Below are positions 10,928-21,544 of a stretch of 32,000 bases of DNA, in pieces. The translations under genes and the position numbers were made by a program. Numbering within the stretch: the stretch's first letter is position 1; each line of letters opens with the position of its first letter. The DNA comes from Candidatus Saccharimonadota bacterium (GTDB lineage: Bacteria > Bacteroidota > Bacteroidia > Cytophagales > Amoebophilaceae), in NCBI RefSeq assembly GCF_965196625.1, contig NZ_OZ239769.1, forward strand, positions 930,001-962,000, read 5' to 3'. The notes under the pieces were generated by a model. That model saw only the letters and a list, made by a program, of their open reading frames with translations, was not told the origin of the DNA and made no database searches.

Positions 10928-11989
10928 ATGGCCTCTATGTTTTCGTTATGGTTGCGAATATTGAGTTGGGTGTATGGTGGGGTAGTTATATTGCGTAATT
11001 TGCTATATAGGAAAAATATTAAAAAAAGTGTTGTTTACAAACAACCCAAAGTGATTGGTGTAGGAAATCTCTCATTAGGTGGCACTGGAAAAACACCTTT
11101 GATCATCTATTTAGCCCGATTGCTTTCTAAACAATATGTTATAGCGGTTCTTAGTAGAGGGTATAAGCGGAAATCGAAAGGCTTTAAAGTAGTCCATACG
11201 CTAGAATCTGCTGCAACAGTGGGTGATGAGCCTTACCTTGTGTATAAACATTTTCTAGACAACCCTAATGTGGTGGTTGCCGTTTGTGAAAATAGAGTAA
11301 AAGGGGTTGCCAAAGTTATGGAATATAGACCAAGTGTCGAAGTGATTCTTTTAGATGATGCTTTTCAGCATCTTAGGTTAACGCCTCACTTGAATATTTT
11401 ATTGACTACCTTTCATCAGCCTTTTTTTAAAGACAATCTATTGCCTTTCGGTCGATTGCGTGAACCACGTAAAGGGGCATCACGTGCTGATATCGTATTG
11501 GTAACCAAAAGCCCGCCAAATTTAAGCCAATCAACCATTGATGCCATCAAAACGGAGATACAAAAATACCATACCAAAAAGGTGTCGATTTTTTTTACAC
11601 ATACGGTCTACCATAATCCTATCGCCATGGAAAGCGGCCAAAAGAATAAATTACCTAGCGTCTTATTGTTGGTTACGGGTATTGCAGATCCCCTACCCTT
11701 GCGCATCTATTTGGAAACAAATGGGCATAAGGTGACCCATCTGATATTCCCAGATCATCATTGGTTCAATGATGCGGATATAGTAAAGATGATCCGCCTC
11801 TTTCATAGATTAAGTCATTCAGATAAAGCGATTGTTATAACAGAAAAAGATTATGTAAGATTAACAGCGCATCGTTGGATGCAATTGTTAGCGCCATTAC
11901 CTGTATTTTATATTCCTATAGAAATAAGCTTTGCACAAGACACACAAGAAACTTTTGAGGCAAAAATCAGTCAAGCTTTACTTTCCTAG
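10928..11989 (+). CDS. lpxK: Tetraacyldisaccharide 4'-kinase (lipid A biosynthesis)
   Basis: VIGVGNLSLGGTGKTP P-loop, SRGYKRKSKG, GDEP, LLDDAFQH. Confidence 0.9.
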   Translation: MASMFSLWLRILSWVYGGVVILRNLLYRKNIKKSVVYKQPKVIGVGNLSLGGTGKTPLIIYLARLLSKQYVIAVLSRGYKRKSKGFKVVHTLESAATVGDEPYLVYKHFLDNPNVVVAVCENRVKGVAKVMEYRPSVEVILLDDAFQHLRLTPHLNILLTTFHQPFFKDNLLPFGRLREPRKGASRADIVLVTKSPPNLSQSTIDAIKTEIQKYHTKKVSIFFTHTVYHNPIAMESGQKNKLPSVLLLVTGIADPLPLRIYLETNGHKVTHLIFPDHHWFNDADIVKMIRLFHRLSHSDKAIVITEKDYVRLTAHRWMQLLAPLPVFYIPIEISFAQDTQETFEAKISQALLS

Positions 11990-12141
11990 TCTGATATAGA
12001 CGACTCATTTTTACAAAATTTATTATACCTTGCAGTCAAAGCCATGGTATGATATGATCATCAAATGGAGCCAATAGGCGGCATATGGCTTCCGAAAGCC
12101 GATATATAGCTGATATATAATTTTTTAAGTAGTAAATCACA

Positions 12142-14142
12142 ATGGTGCATCTTTCGATTTGGTGGCGGTATTGTTTATTTTTTTTAGTTTTTTTTCTACC
12201 ATTTAGCGCTAATGGCAATGAAAAAGCTGAAGATATTTTTGAAAAACCTGAAGAAGAAAAAGTTGAAGCAACTTCTACCTTTTTTATAACACCACGAGAT
12301 GTAAAACAAAACTACAGAAGGTATCACCGGATCGATCGCTCTGTAACCAAGATGGACCGTTTTACAGTTGCAGAACGACACAACTACAACTTTCAAGATC
12401 TTGGTAACCATTGGACAGCTGCTCAGCACATTTTTTATAAATTACCCCAACAGATAGGCGCAACCTATGGGCTCTCTGCCTACGATTTTTATTTTCAGCA
12501 CCCTGAAGACATACGTTACTATCATACACACAAAGCATATCTATATTTCAATGTTGTACTAGCCAATCTAAGTAGTTTTATATTTAATGCCTGCTATACC
12601 CAACGATTGCTTGAGAACTGGCACATAGGTACAAATTGGCAAGGTACCATGGCAGAAAATGAATGGCCACATAGCAAAGATGATAAGATTGTTAACGCCT
12701 CTCCACATTTTAATATTTTTACCCACCTCAAAAGCTCAGATGGGTGCTATCACTTATTTACGAGTTGGGCGAATATGCAGTATGTGACTAGAGAAACGGG
12801 TGGCGTACGCTCAGTACCCTCACGTAAAAAGCAATTTGAATTTCAGGAACAAAATCCAAGTAAGCGCTACAAATCTTCTTTTCCACTATTAGAAGAGGAA
12901 TACATGGAAAACAAAATTAACAAAGAAAGTCAATGCATCCATAAAGAACTTAGACGGAATTTTTACCTCTACCACCATTATGAGTTTAGCAAAACACTAC
13001 AATTGTATCATGAACTGCATGACAATCGTAAAACCAATCTATCCACTATTGAAAAACCAGATGCACCATTATTAAGTTTTATAGCTGCGCCTGATGCATC
13101 TTACAAAGATCGCCACAGTGCGGTAATGAAATCCCTTGGCAATGAAATAGGCATGAAAGGGGACATAGAACAACCCCATTTATTCTATTCACTACATTAC
13201 AGACACGAATACATTCGTTTAAATTGTGACTTCTCTAACCCTAAAGACATAGAACACAACCGTCCTTTACAAGAAGCAAAAAAAGAACACGAACACGAAC
13301 ATTACCTGGGTGGTAATACACGGTTGAACCTTTCCGAACATAGGAAACTTTGCATAGACGGAGCCTATCTTTTGCAAAAGGGAGGCTACCATAGACTCAA
13401 CCTAGCTTACGAAGAGAAATTCTTTAAAGTTTCTGGCCATACCATTAAGCATAAAGTACCCTATATAGTAGCTGGCTATAGCAGCAGGCTATGGAACAAA
13501 GATTTTATAGCACCATCTGCACGTGCAATAGATGCAGAGATATGGTATAATTGGCCCCATATCACCATCCATCCCATCCTATCTTTTAAAAAGATCAACA
13601 ACCATATCTTTTATACAAAAGCACTGTCAAATATAGATGACCATTGCATTGCTGAACCGATGCAGGCTACCACACCTATTTATCTACTTTCCTTAGAAGC
13701 AAACTTAAATTTTTGTTTCTTCTCTTATTTTCATTTTGACAACACCTTTACCATCCTAAAGGATCTAAGCAAAGAAAGCAAAATTTTTAAAGGCTATATC
13801 CCCCCCTATATCTATACAGGCCGGTATTATTATGCACACCAACCCTATGATAAAAAGATGGATATAGAAACAGGTTTAAATATACATTTTAAAGAGCTTT
13901 ATTATGGAGATGGCTACGATGTAATCGCGCAACAATTTTACCGCCAAAATAAATTCGCTGTACAAGGGAGACCTATTGTAGATATTTTTTGTAATGTGCG
14001 CATCAATAATCTAAAGCTCTCTTTTAAGTACAGCTACATCAACGCGTATTTTTATAAACCAGAAGCCTATTTTGCCACACCATTTTATCCTGGCCTAAAA
14101 AAAGCAGCTGATATTGGTATACATTGGTCTTTCTTTGACTAG
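12142..14142 (+). CDS. Large secreted protein, possibly an outer-membrane beta-barrel (putative-porin-like); function unknown
   Basis: Signal-peptide-like N-terminus (LFFLVFFLPFSANG). The protein is very Tyr/His/Phe/Asn-rich and has an aromatic C-terminal end (IHWSFFD). No family was firmly recognised. Confidence 0.45.
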   Translation: MVHLSIWWRYCLFFLVFFLPFSANGNEKAEDIFEKPEEEKVEATSTFFITPRDVKQNYRRYHRIDRSVTKMDRFTVAERHNYNFQDLGNHWTAAQHIFYKLPQQIGATYGLSAYDFYFQHPEDIRYYHTHKAYLYFNVVLANLSSFIFNACYTQRLLENWHIGTNWQGTMAENEWPHSKDDKIVNASPHFNIFTHLKSSDGCYHLFTSWANMQYVTRETGGVRSVPSRKKQFEFQEQNPSKRYKSSFPLLEEEYMENKINKESQCIHKELRRNFYLYHHYEFSKTLQLYHELHDNRKTNLSTIEKPDAPLLSFIAAPDASYKDRHSAVMKSLGNEIGMKGDIEQPHLFYSLHYRHEYIRLNCDFSNPKDIEHNRPLQEAKKEHEHEHYLGGNTRLNLSEHRKLCIDGAYLLQKGGYHRLNLAYEEKFFKVSGHTIKHKVPYIVAGYSSRLWNKDFIAPSARAIDAEIWYNWPHITIHPILSFKKINNHIFYTKALSNIDDHCIAEPMQATTPIYLLSLEANLNFCFFSYFHFDNTFTILKDLSKESKIFKGYIPPYIYTGRYYYAHQPYDKKMDIETGLNIHFKELYYGDGYDVIAQQFYRQNKFAVQGRPIVDIFCNVRINNLKLSFKYSYINAYFYKPEAYFATPFYPGLKKAADIGIHWSFFD

Positions 14143-14148
14143 GTGCTT

Positions 14149-14241
14149 CTATCCATTCAACCAATGGTGGGGAGGTAGGTAATCGTTAGATACTAACTTA
14201 TGAAAGTTACTGACCCCAATCGGTAATTTATATTTATTCAT
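14149..14241 (-). pseudogene. 5' relic (first ~22 codons) of an AAA-ATPase_like/PDDEXK_9 paralog
   Basis: The minus strand reads MNKYKLPIGVSNFHKLVSNDYL..., matching MKKLPIGVSNFQELVKGDYL of the copy at 2547. A 28-nt stretch gaaagttactGaccccaatcggtaattt differs at one base from 2505-2532. Homology stops at about 14175. Confidence 0.65.
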
Positions 14242-14438
14242 ATTAACATAGGTCGTTTTGGATTAGCCTATTTTATTTAACTTTGATAATCAGTACTATT
14301 ATTTATTTTAGATAATCGATTCAAAAAAAGAGCTTAAAAAAGCCCCTTTATGGTTTAAATTTTGAAGTAAGAATAAAAAGTAAAACACTAAATTAACTTT
14401 AACAAAGGAACCAATCATGAATGTATCGAACATTTCCG

Positions 14439-16103
14439 TTATTTTTTTATATGCTCTTCATGTATTTCATAATCCCAACTATCTATCATCCTGGTTTCCT
14501 CATTGAAATTAATACCCAATAGTATAATCGCTTTTTGCCTGAGTAAATAAGGTTTATAATACCCGTTTGCTTTGATTTGTGCTAAGGCTATTTTCCCGTT
14601 GGATTTATACTTTATTTCTATAATATATATAGCTGTTTCTAATTCTAAAACAATATCTGACCTACCTTGGCTAGAAGCTGATTCACTATGCATCTGCATT
14701 TTTCTACCACCTAAAAATCCCAATCCTTGCAGCAGCATATGTAAATTGCTATGGTATTGTTTTTCTTGCTTGGTATCTATATAATAGGGAAGTGTGGAAA
14801 AAGCCGTATTGATATGTTCTATAAACATTTCAATTTTTTTATCAGCTAGTGCGCTTCTAATTCTATCCCGCTCTTGTAAAAAATAATCCTTTACACTCTT
14901 TTCCAAACTGGATTGTATACTCTTCTGAAAAGAGGCCTCTATTTCTTTGTTAGGGAATTTTAGGATATATAGCCCAGTAAAATCATCATAATTGTGAATG
15001 GTTAGATACCCCGTTTGAAACATTAGCGACTTTAAACTAATCTCACTCCTACTGCCTGTATACATTAGGTCTTCTCTAGTGGCTTCTATTTGCAAATTAT
15101 CTGACTGAAATTCAAACCTATCAGGATCTGCTAACATCTGATTAATCAGTATAGTTGGACTACCTGATTCATACCAGTAATTTTCTAATTCTCCACTCTT
15201 TAAAAACTTTAATGTAGACCAGGGATTATAGACACTTATACCATCCTTATGGAATCTATATCCATTGTAATGTGTTGCCATACGCTCCATTACTGCTGCT
15301 TTAGTGATTTTTTTATCATTATTTAGACTCCATTCTAAAGCGATACTTTCTAAATAGACTGGAAAAGTAGATAAGATTTCATCTTGGGTGTACCCAAACA
15401 TCGCATCAACATTTTTGAAAATCGTAATATCGTCTAAATGATTGGCCCCTGAAAATACATCGGATAAACTAAATTTGCTTACGCCAGTGATAAAGGTGAG
15501 TTGAAAGTATTCATTGAGTGACTTTAAAGTCATAAAAAAATCTTTCATCACTTTTATATTGGCCTTTTCTAGGTCAGAGCCTTTGGTTAGATGAACTATA
15601 GGTGCATCGTATTCGTCTATAAGGACTACTATTCTAGCTTCATAATGCAATGATTTGATCGCATTACTTGAACGGCTTAAGTCCGCTAACTGAATGACTA
15701 AATCTTCCAAAATATCCTTTACAGTGTGCGCTTCTATTACTAGGTCATATAGAGATGCTATTTTTTTTAAGGCTCTTTTGATCGATTCTTTTAGTTCTTC
15801 AGGTGTGTCATTGGTCAATCTAGAGTGATCCAGTTTAATCACGGGATATTTCTTCCATTCATATCCATTTTCTGGTTTACCTATATAGCAATCTTTAAAA
15901 ATTTCTTTTTCTCCGCTAGCTATAGTAGCCAGTGTATTGATGAATAGTGATTTCCCAAATCTGCGAGGCCGGGCTATAAATACAGGATTTTCTTTTTCTA
16001 TTAGTTCTTGAGCATACCGGGTTTTATCTACATAATAGCCTGTTCTGATAACCCTTTCAACATCTGAGTATCCAATAGGCAGTGCATATATCTTGCGCAT
16101 CAT
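14439..16103 (-). CDS. AAA-ATPase_like (PF09820-type) plus PD-(D/E)XK nuclease (PDDEXK_9-type) protein, intact paralog
   Basis: MMRKIYALPIGYSD..., Walker A ARPRRFGKS, Walker B VVLIDEYDAP, and C-terminal GRSDIVLE...YIIEIKYK. The ORF is open up to 16139; the start at 16103 was chosen by alignment with the paralog N-termini. Confidence 0.85.
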   Translation of the reverse strand: MMRKIYALPIGYSDVERVIRTGYYVDKTRYAQELIEKENPVFIARPRRFGKSLFINTLATIASGEKEIFKDCYIGKPENGYEWKKYPVIKLDHSRLTNDTPEELKESIKRALKKIASLYDLVIEAHTVKDILEDLVIQLADLSRSSNAIKSLHYEARIVVLIDEYDAPIVHLTKGSDLEKANIKVMKDFFMTLKSLNEYFQLTFITGVSKFSLSDVFSGANHLDDITIFKNVDAMFGYTQDEILSTFPVYLESIALEWSLNNDKKITKAAVMERMATHYNGYRFHKDGISVYNPWSTLKFLKSGELENYWYESGSPTILINQMLADPDRFEFQSDNLQIEATREDLMYTGSRSEISLKSLMFQTGYLTIHNYDDFTGLYILKFPNKEIEASFQKSIQSSLEKSVKDYFLQERDRIRSALADKKIEMFIEHINTAFSTLPYYIDTKQEKQYHSNLHMLLQGLGFLGGRKMQMHSESASSQGRSDIVLELETAIYIIEIKYKSNGKIALAQIKANGYYKPYLLRQKAIILLGINFNEETRMIDSWDYEIHEEHIKK

Positions 16104-16398
16104 TTTATCTTTTTTGATTTCTTTTTCTCTCTCTTTCATTGATTTCGTATGTTATCATACTTATATCTTAGTAGCAAATATAAAGCGGTGTTGTCTAATT
16201 CCTCTTCATTAGGTGCATAGATAAATGATAGTAATGAGGTTATTGGCCTATGACTATTCTTAAATTTCTTTGTACACGTGATGAATACATCATGGACTTT
16301 AGCTCCATTTAATACCCGAACACCTTTTGAAAAATTCCCTACAACTACGTACCTTAGTATAGTGAATGTTTAGTTTAAACCATTCCTTTTAACCGCTT

Positions 16399-17448
16399 AT
16401 GTTCCATTTTAGATTGTTTAGCCTACTTTACGCCATTTTAAATCAGCGTATGCGCGCAAAAAAACCATTTTGGGTGTTATATCTATTGAGTTGTATCGCT
16501 CCTTTTAGCACCCATGCTACGCCCCAGCAAGCTGGGTACTCTATTATAGAACATGTAACAGATGCCCACAGTTGGCATTTTGCAACCATTTCGGGCAAAC
16601 ATATTGAACTACCCTTGCCCATTATACTTTATTCCTCAGATAAAGGCATAGAGTGTTTTTCCTCTGCTCGTTTTTATGACCAGAACCACCAGCCCACTGC
16701 GTATCATGGTTACCTCCTATTGGATCAAAAAATTCATTGCGTAGATCCAAATAGATCTGTCTTAGACCTATCGATTACCAAAAATATAGCTGCCATGTTT
16801 TTAAGCATCATACTGCTCGTAAGCGGGCTGCTATGGGCTACAAACAAATATCGCCGTGCGCCACTTGCTCCACCTACAGGGTGGTTTGCGGTTATAGACC
16901 TGATCATATCTTTTATAAAAAATGAAATAGCCATTCCTAATATAGGCAAGGAGCATTCTGCAAGGTTTCTGCCCTATCTATTAACCATTTTTTGTTTTAT
17001 ATGGCTCAATAACCTTTTGGGACTGCTTCCGGGTGGTGCCAATGTAACCGGAAGCATTTCAGTCACTTTAGTACTAGCTGCCTTCACCATTCTAATTACT
17101 ATTTTTAATGGCAACAAACACTATTGGCACCATATATTTAAGCCAGAAGGCTTGCCTAATTGGCTGCTGCCTATTATGGTTCCAGTAGAAATTTTGGGCA
17201 TTCTAACTAAGTTTTTTTCACTTATGGTACGGCTATTTGCCAATATTACAGCAGGCCATATTATCTTGTTAAGCATTATAGGGCTTACTTTTAGTATGAA
17301 AAGCACATGCATAGGCTTTTTCGTAAGCGTACCCCTTGGTACGTTTATGTTCCTATTAAAGCTGCTCGTTGCATTTTTGCAAGCATATGTTTTTACACTA
17401 CTTTCCGCCATTTATTTAGGGCAGGCTGTTGATAAAGGCACCCATTGA
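16399..17448 (+). CDS. atpB: F-type ATP synthase subunit a
   Basis: C-terminal helices with LMVRLFANITAGHI (essential Arg) and a long N-terminal extension of the kind I recall for Bacteroidota. An alternative start is at 16450. Confidence 0.9.
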   Translation: MFHFRLFSLLYAILNQRMRAKKPFWVLYLLSCIAPFSTHATPQQAGYSIIEHVTDAHSWHFATISGKHIELPLPIILYSSDKGIECFSSARFYDQNHQPTAYHGYLLLDQKIHCVDPNRSVLDLSITKNIAAMFLSIILLVSGLLWATNKYRRAPLAPPTGWFAVIDLIISFIKNEIAIPNIGKEHSARFLPYLLTIFCFIWLNNLLGLLPGGANVTGSISVTLVLAAFTILITIFNGNKHYWHHIFKPEGLPNWLLPIMVPVEILGILTKFFSLMVRLFANITAGHIILLSIIGLTFSMKSTCIGFFVSVPLGTFMFLLKLLVAFLQAYVFTLLSAIYLGQAVDKGTH

Positions 17449-17503
17449 TATAGTTATATTTCTTAGTTTTTATGTATATTTGGCTGATGTCTTTAACAAT
17501 TAA

Positions 17504-17752
<249 letters not shown>

Positions 17753-17805
17753 TATTTGCCTTAGTTAGCCTCAATAGCCTCTTTTCCCCTAAATCTATAG
17801 CTGTC

Positions 17806-18303
17806 ATGACTTTAATAACACCCGATTTTGGTATTATATTTTGGCAAACTACAACATTCTTAGTGGTCCTTTTGCTATTGTCTAAATTCGCTTGGAAGCC
17901 TATTTTAGAAATAGTACAAGCCCGAGAGCATGCAGTGGCGGGTGCCATAGATAAAATCAGTGCAGCACAAATATTAATCAAGCAAATCGAAGATGACCGA
18001 GCTAGGTTAATAGGAGAAGCGCATATAGAACGTGAGCGCATTATCGGTGAAGTATTGACCACCCAACGCGAAATCATTGCGCAAGCACATCAGGAAGGCT
18101 TAGCCATAAAGGAGCAGCTCTTAACGCAAGCCAGGGTCGAGATTACTAGAGAGGAAGCGCGTGCGCTTGAAACGGCTAGAGCCAATATCGGATCATTAGT
18201 TATTCAAGTTGCTGAAAAATTATTGGTCAAGGAACTTAGTCAAGATGCATCCCAATGGGAACTAATAGAACAACGCATGGCAAGCGATCACGCATCTGCT
18301 TAG
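17806..18303 (+). CDS. atpF: F-type ATP synthase subunit b
   Basis: MTLITPDFGIIFWQTTTFLVVLLLLSKFAWKPI followed by a long charged helix. The start was moved to 17806 because the upstream ORF part overlaps atpE. Confidence 0.85.
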   Translation: MTLITPDFGIIFWQTTTFLVVLLLLSKFAWKPILEIVQAREHAVAGAIDKISAAQILIKQIEDDRARLIGEAHIERERIIGEVLTTQREIIAQAHQEGLAIKEQLLTQARVEITREEARALETARANIGSLVIQVAEKLLVKELSQDASQWELIEQRMASDHASA

Positions 18304-18323
18304 TGCACAGAAAAGCTTAATCT

Positions 18324-18863
18324 ATGTTTAAAAAAAAGAAGATAGCCGCACGATATGCTAATGTTTTTTTAGCCCAAGTCATTCAAAGTGGTAGCCTGAA
18401 AACCATTCATAGTGACCTCTCCTTTTTACAAGATCAGTTTAAGCGCTATCCTACATTAGACGACTTGCTCAACAACCCTACCCTACCTCGCTCCGAGAAA
18501 CAAAAATTGCTTAAAGAAATTTGCCACCAAGGTCTTAGCCTTATGGTCTGGAGATTTATTGAAATAATTATAGATCAACATCAAATCGGTTTACTAAAAG
18601 AAATTTTAACTGCTTTTTCCATAGCCTATCGTAACCATCTAGGCATTCAATCTGCCATTTTAACGACCGCTGTTGCTTTACCAGAAGCTTTGATCAAAAA
18701 ATTAAGAGAAGAGGTAAAAAAGTGGGTTCCTTGTAAAGAGGTCGTATTGGAGCAACAAATTGACCCCTCTATTATTGGAGGTTATATCCTTCAAATGGGT
18801 GGACTAAAACTAGATAAAAGTATAAAGCATGATCTGCACACACTACAAAGCGCTTTACATTAG
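18324..18863 (+). CDS. atpH: F-type ATP synthase subunit delta (OSCP)
   Basis: Position in the operon, size (179 aa), and the C-terminal IDPSIIGGYILQMGGLKLDKSIK motif. Confidence 0.85.
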   Translation: MFKKKKIAARYANVFLAQVIQSGSLKTIHSDLSFLQDQFKRYPTLDDLLNNPTLPRSEKQKLLKEICHQGLSLMVWRFIEIIIDQHQIGLLKEILTAFSIAYRNHLGIQSAILTTAVALPEALIKKLREEVKKWVPCKEVVLEQQIDPSIIGGYILQMGGLKLDKSIKHDLHTLQSALH

Positions 18864-18930
18864 GGGTAATTATTCCTATTAAAAAAACACTTAGGTCTCT
18901 TATAGCGCAAATAAAATTACAATTGAACAC

Positions 18931-20517
18931 ATGGCACAAATAAATACAGATGCGGTTACTGCAATACTCAGAGCCCAACTATCCAACTTTAAAACAGAAG
19001 TGGAACTAGCAGAAACAGGTATAGTGATGCAATCTGGTGATGGTGTAGTACGCATCTATGGTCTCTTAAATGCACAAGCAGGAGAGTTGCTTTCTTTTGC
19101 AAATGGATGCAAAGGGCTGGCATTGAATCTAGAAGAACATATGGTAGGCGCTGTTATTTTAGGGGACGCCAATTCCATCAAGGAAGGAGATGTGGTTACA
19201 AGAAGCAAGCATGTAGCTTCTATTCAAGTAGGTGAAGGCTTACTAGGCCGTGTCGTAGACACCCTTGGCCTACCTATAGATGGCAATGGGCCTATCGTTG
19301 GCGAAACATTTGAAATGCCTTTAGAACGGAATGGACCTGGTGTGATTTACCGCCAACCTGTAGATGCACCCCTCCAAACAGGATTAAAAGCCATCGACAC
19401 AATGATTCCTATTGGCAAAGGGCAAAGGGAGCTTATTATTGGCGATCGTCAGTCTGGTAAAACATCCATTGCACTCGATACGATTATCAACCAACGTCGA
19501 TTATTTGAGCAAGGTAAACCTATTTATTGTATTTATGTAGCCATTGGTCAAAAAGCATCTGCTGTTGCTAATGTAGTAGAAATACTGACCAGGCATGGTG
19601 CCATGGACTATACCACTATTGTAGCTGCATCCTCTTCCGCTTCCGCACCTATGCAATCCTTTGCACCCTTTGCAGGAGCAGCTATTGGTGAATTTTTTAG
19701 AGACACTGGAAGAGATGCACTGATTATCTACGATGATCTTTCCAAACAAGCAGTGGCTTATAGAGAATTATCGCTATTGTTGCGCAGGCCACCTGGTCGG
19801 GAAGCTTTTCCTGGTGATATTTTTTACCTACATGCCCGTTTATTGGAGCGTGCAGCACGCATTATTGCTAGTGATGCAATGGCTGCTTCTATGAATGATA
19901 TTCCAGATACTTTAATGGGAAAAGTCAAAGGAGACGGATCACTTACCGCATTGCCTATTATAGAAACCCAAATGGGTGACGTATCTGCGTATATTCCCAC
20001 CAACGTTATTTCGATTACGGATGGGCAAATATTTCTGGAAATGAATTTGTTTAATGCGGGCATCAAACCTGCGATTAATGTCGGGATTTCTGTATCCCGA
20101 ATTGGCGGTGCTGCACAAATTAAAGCGATTAAAAAGGTAGCCGCCACCTTAAAACTAGATCAGGCGCAATTTGCTGAGTTAGAAGCTTTTTCAAAATTTA
20201 GTTCTGACTTAGAGGCTACTACTAAAAAAGCTATTGACAGAGGTCGTAAAAACCAAGAGCTACTTAAACAAAACCTGCACACACCTATGGCGGTAGAGGA
20301 GCAAGCTGCTATTTTATATATAGTTATGAATGGATACTTGGATACCGTTCCAATAGATCAGCTAAAAATATTTGAAAAGGAATTTTTGGAGCGATTGCGT
20401 GCCCAACATGCTACCATACTAGCCAATATTGGCGCAGGCGCATGGGACGATGAAATGACTCAGGTATTGATAGAGACTGCCAAGCCACTTCTCATAAAGT
20501 ATGTAGCAAATACTTAA
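18931..20517 (+). CDS. atpA: F-type ATP synthase subunit alpha
   Basis: [12 protein letters not shown]-loop, [32 protein letters not shown]. Confidence 0.97.
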   Translation: MAQINTDAVTAILRAQLSNFKTEVELAETGIVMQSGDGVVRIYGLLNAQAGELLSFANGCKGLALNLEEHMVGAVILGDANSIKEGDVVTRSKHVASIQVGEGLLGRVVDTLGLPIDGNGPIVGETFEMPLERNGPGVIYRQPVDAPLQTGLKAIDTMIPIGKGQRELIIGDRQSGKTSIALDTIINQRRLFEQGKPIYCIYVAIGQKASAVANVVEILTRHGAMDYTTIVAASSSASAPMQSFAPFAGAAIGEFFRDTGRDALIIYDDLSKQAVAYRELSLLLRRPPGREAFPGDIFYLHARLLERAARIIASDAMAASMNDIPDTLMGKVKGDGSLTALPIIETQMGDVSAYIPTNVISITDGQIFLEMNLFNAGIKPAINVGISVSRIGGAAQIKAIKKVAATLKLDQAQFAELEAFSKFSSDLEATTKKAIDRGRKNQELLKQNLHTPMAVEEQAAILYIVMNGYLDTVPIDQLKIFEKEFLERLRAQHATILANIGAGAWDDEMTQVLIETAKPLLIKYVANT

Positions 20518-20592
20518 AGAGGCGGGTTTCTTTGTGGAGATCAACAATAGGCCTCTTTTTCAATTTAATAAAAGTAAAGCAACCCAATTACT

Positions 20593-21477
20593 ATGGCACA
20601 TCTTAAAGAAGTAGTAGACCGAATCAGTTTGATCGCCTTTACCCAACAAATCACCAAAGCGATGAAGATGGTATCTGCTTCGAAACTGTATAAAATCCAA
20701 CAGCTTCTCTTACCCCTAAGGGCATATACCACACAATACATCACCATATTGGATGCTGCCTTACAAAATATAGATAAAGCTGATCTAGTTCATCCCTTGA
20801 CAAGGCAAACAGCAGGCGGACGGGTGCTGTTGATAGTAGTTGCTTCCAATCGGGGGTTATGTGGTGCATTTAACAAAAACATACTTAAAGCAGCTTATGA
20901 GGAGGTTACCACCCGCCAACAAGAAGCCTCCGCTACTGTAGAGGTGCTTGTTATTGGCAAGAAAGCCTATCAGTTTTTTAAAAAGTCTAATATACCAATT
21001 ATAGAGACCTATGTTGACCTTCTATCAAAATCAAATGATGAGGCAAGTAGTGAACTGACTAAATATTGTATAGAAGCTTTTCAAAAAAATAGGTATAATG
21101 AAATTCTATTGGCTTATACTGCATTTAAAAATTCAGCCAAACAAGAAGTAACCATCTTCCCCTTTCTACCCTTTGTACCTGATCTAGAAACACACTCCCC
21201 CCCTACTCGACCGCTTTATTATATTTATGAGCCTTCCCGCCAGCTATTGATCGCACAGCTTATTCCTGAGATACTCAAACATAAAATCATGCATATGCTG
21301 GTTGAATCTAGTGCAAGCGAATATGCTGCCAGAATGGCCACCATGAGTCAAGCAACTGATAATGCCGATGAGCTTTTAAAAGCACTACGCATCAGTTATA
21401 ATAGGACTAGACAAGCATTAATTACCAGTTCTCTAGCAGAAATTACAAGTGGCGCAGAAGCTTTAGCAGAAGCTTAA
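20593..21477 (+). CDS. atpG: F-type ATP synthase subunit gamma
   Basis: N-terminal ITKAMKMVSASKL and C-terminal NRTRQALITSSLAEITSGAEAL. Confidence 0.93.
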   Translation: MAHLKEVVDRISLIAFTQQITKAMKMVSASKLYKIQQLLLPLRAYTTQYITILDAALQNIDKADLVHPLTRQTAGGRVLLIVVASNRGLCGAFNKNILKAAYEEVTTRQQEASATVEVLVIGKKAYQFFKKSNIPIIETYVDLLSKSNDEASSELTKYCIEAFQKNRYNEILLAYTAFKNSAKQEVTIFPFLPFVPDLETHSPPTRPLYYIYEPSRQLLIAQLIPEILKHKIMHMLVESSASEYAARMATMSQATDNADELLKALRISYNRTRQALITSSLAEITSGAEALAEA

Positions 21478-21489
21478 AAGTGGGCACAC

Positions 21490-21531
21490 TGTATCTATTC
21501 AGCTGTGTTGATCTTTTAATGTATCTATTCA
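21490..21531. repeat. Perfect 12-bp direct repeat TGTATCTATTCA x2 with 30-bp period
   Basis: Copies at 21490-21501 and 21520-21531, in the 97-bp spacer between atpG and the M16 remnant. Confidence 0.6.
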
Positions 21532-21544
21532 CGCACATGGTTGA

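Noticed and set aside
13281-13298. A (GAACAC)x3-like microrepeat encoding EHEHEH in the 666-aa gene
   Set aside because: It has only three units, is in frame and is imperfect (the last unit is GAACAT), so it is too short to call a tandem repeat locus.
16150-16340. A stop-free minus-strand frame of about 60 codons (…GVRVLNGAKVHDVFITCTKKFKNSHRPITSLL…) upstream of atpB, considered as a possible gene relic
   Set aside because: It has no start codon, I recognise no family, and it is not in the ORF track, so I cannot support a call.
20516-20560. A stem (AAAGAGGC/GCCTCTTT) followed by a T-run between atpA and atpG, considered as an internal terminator
   Set aside because: The loop is about 27 nt and the stem is partly A:T. 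Termination inside an essential operon is unlikely, so at most this is a weak attenuator, and I cannot support it.
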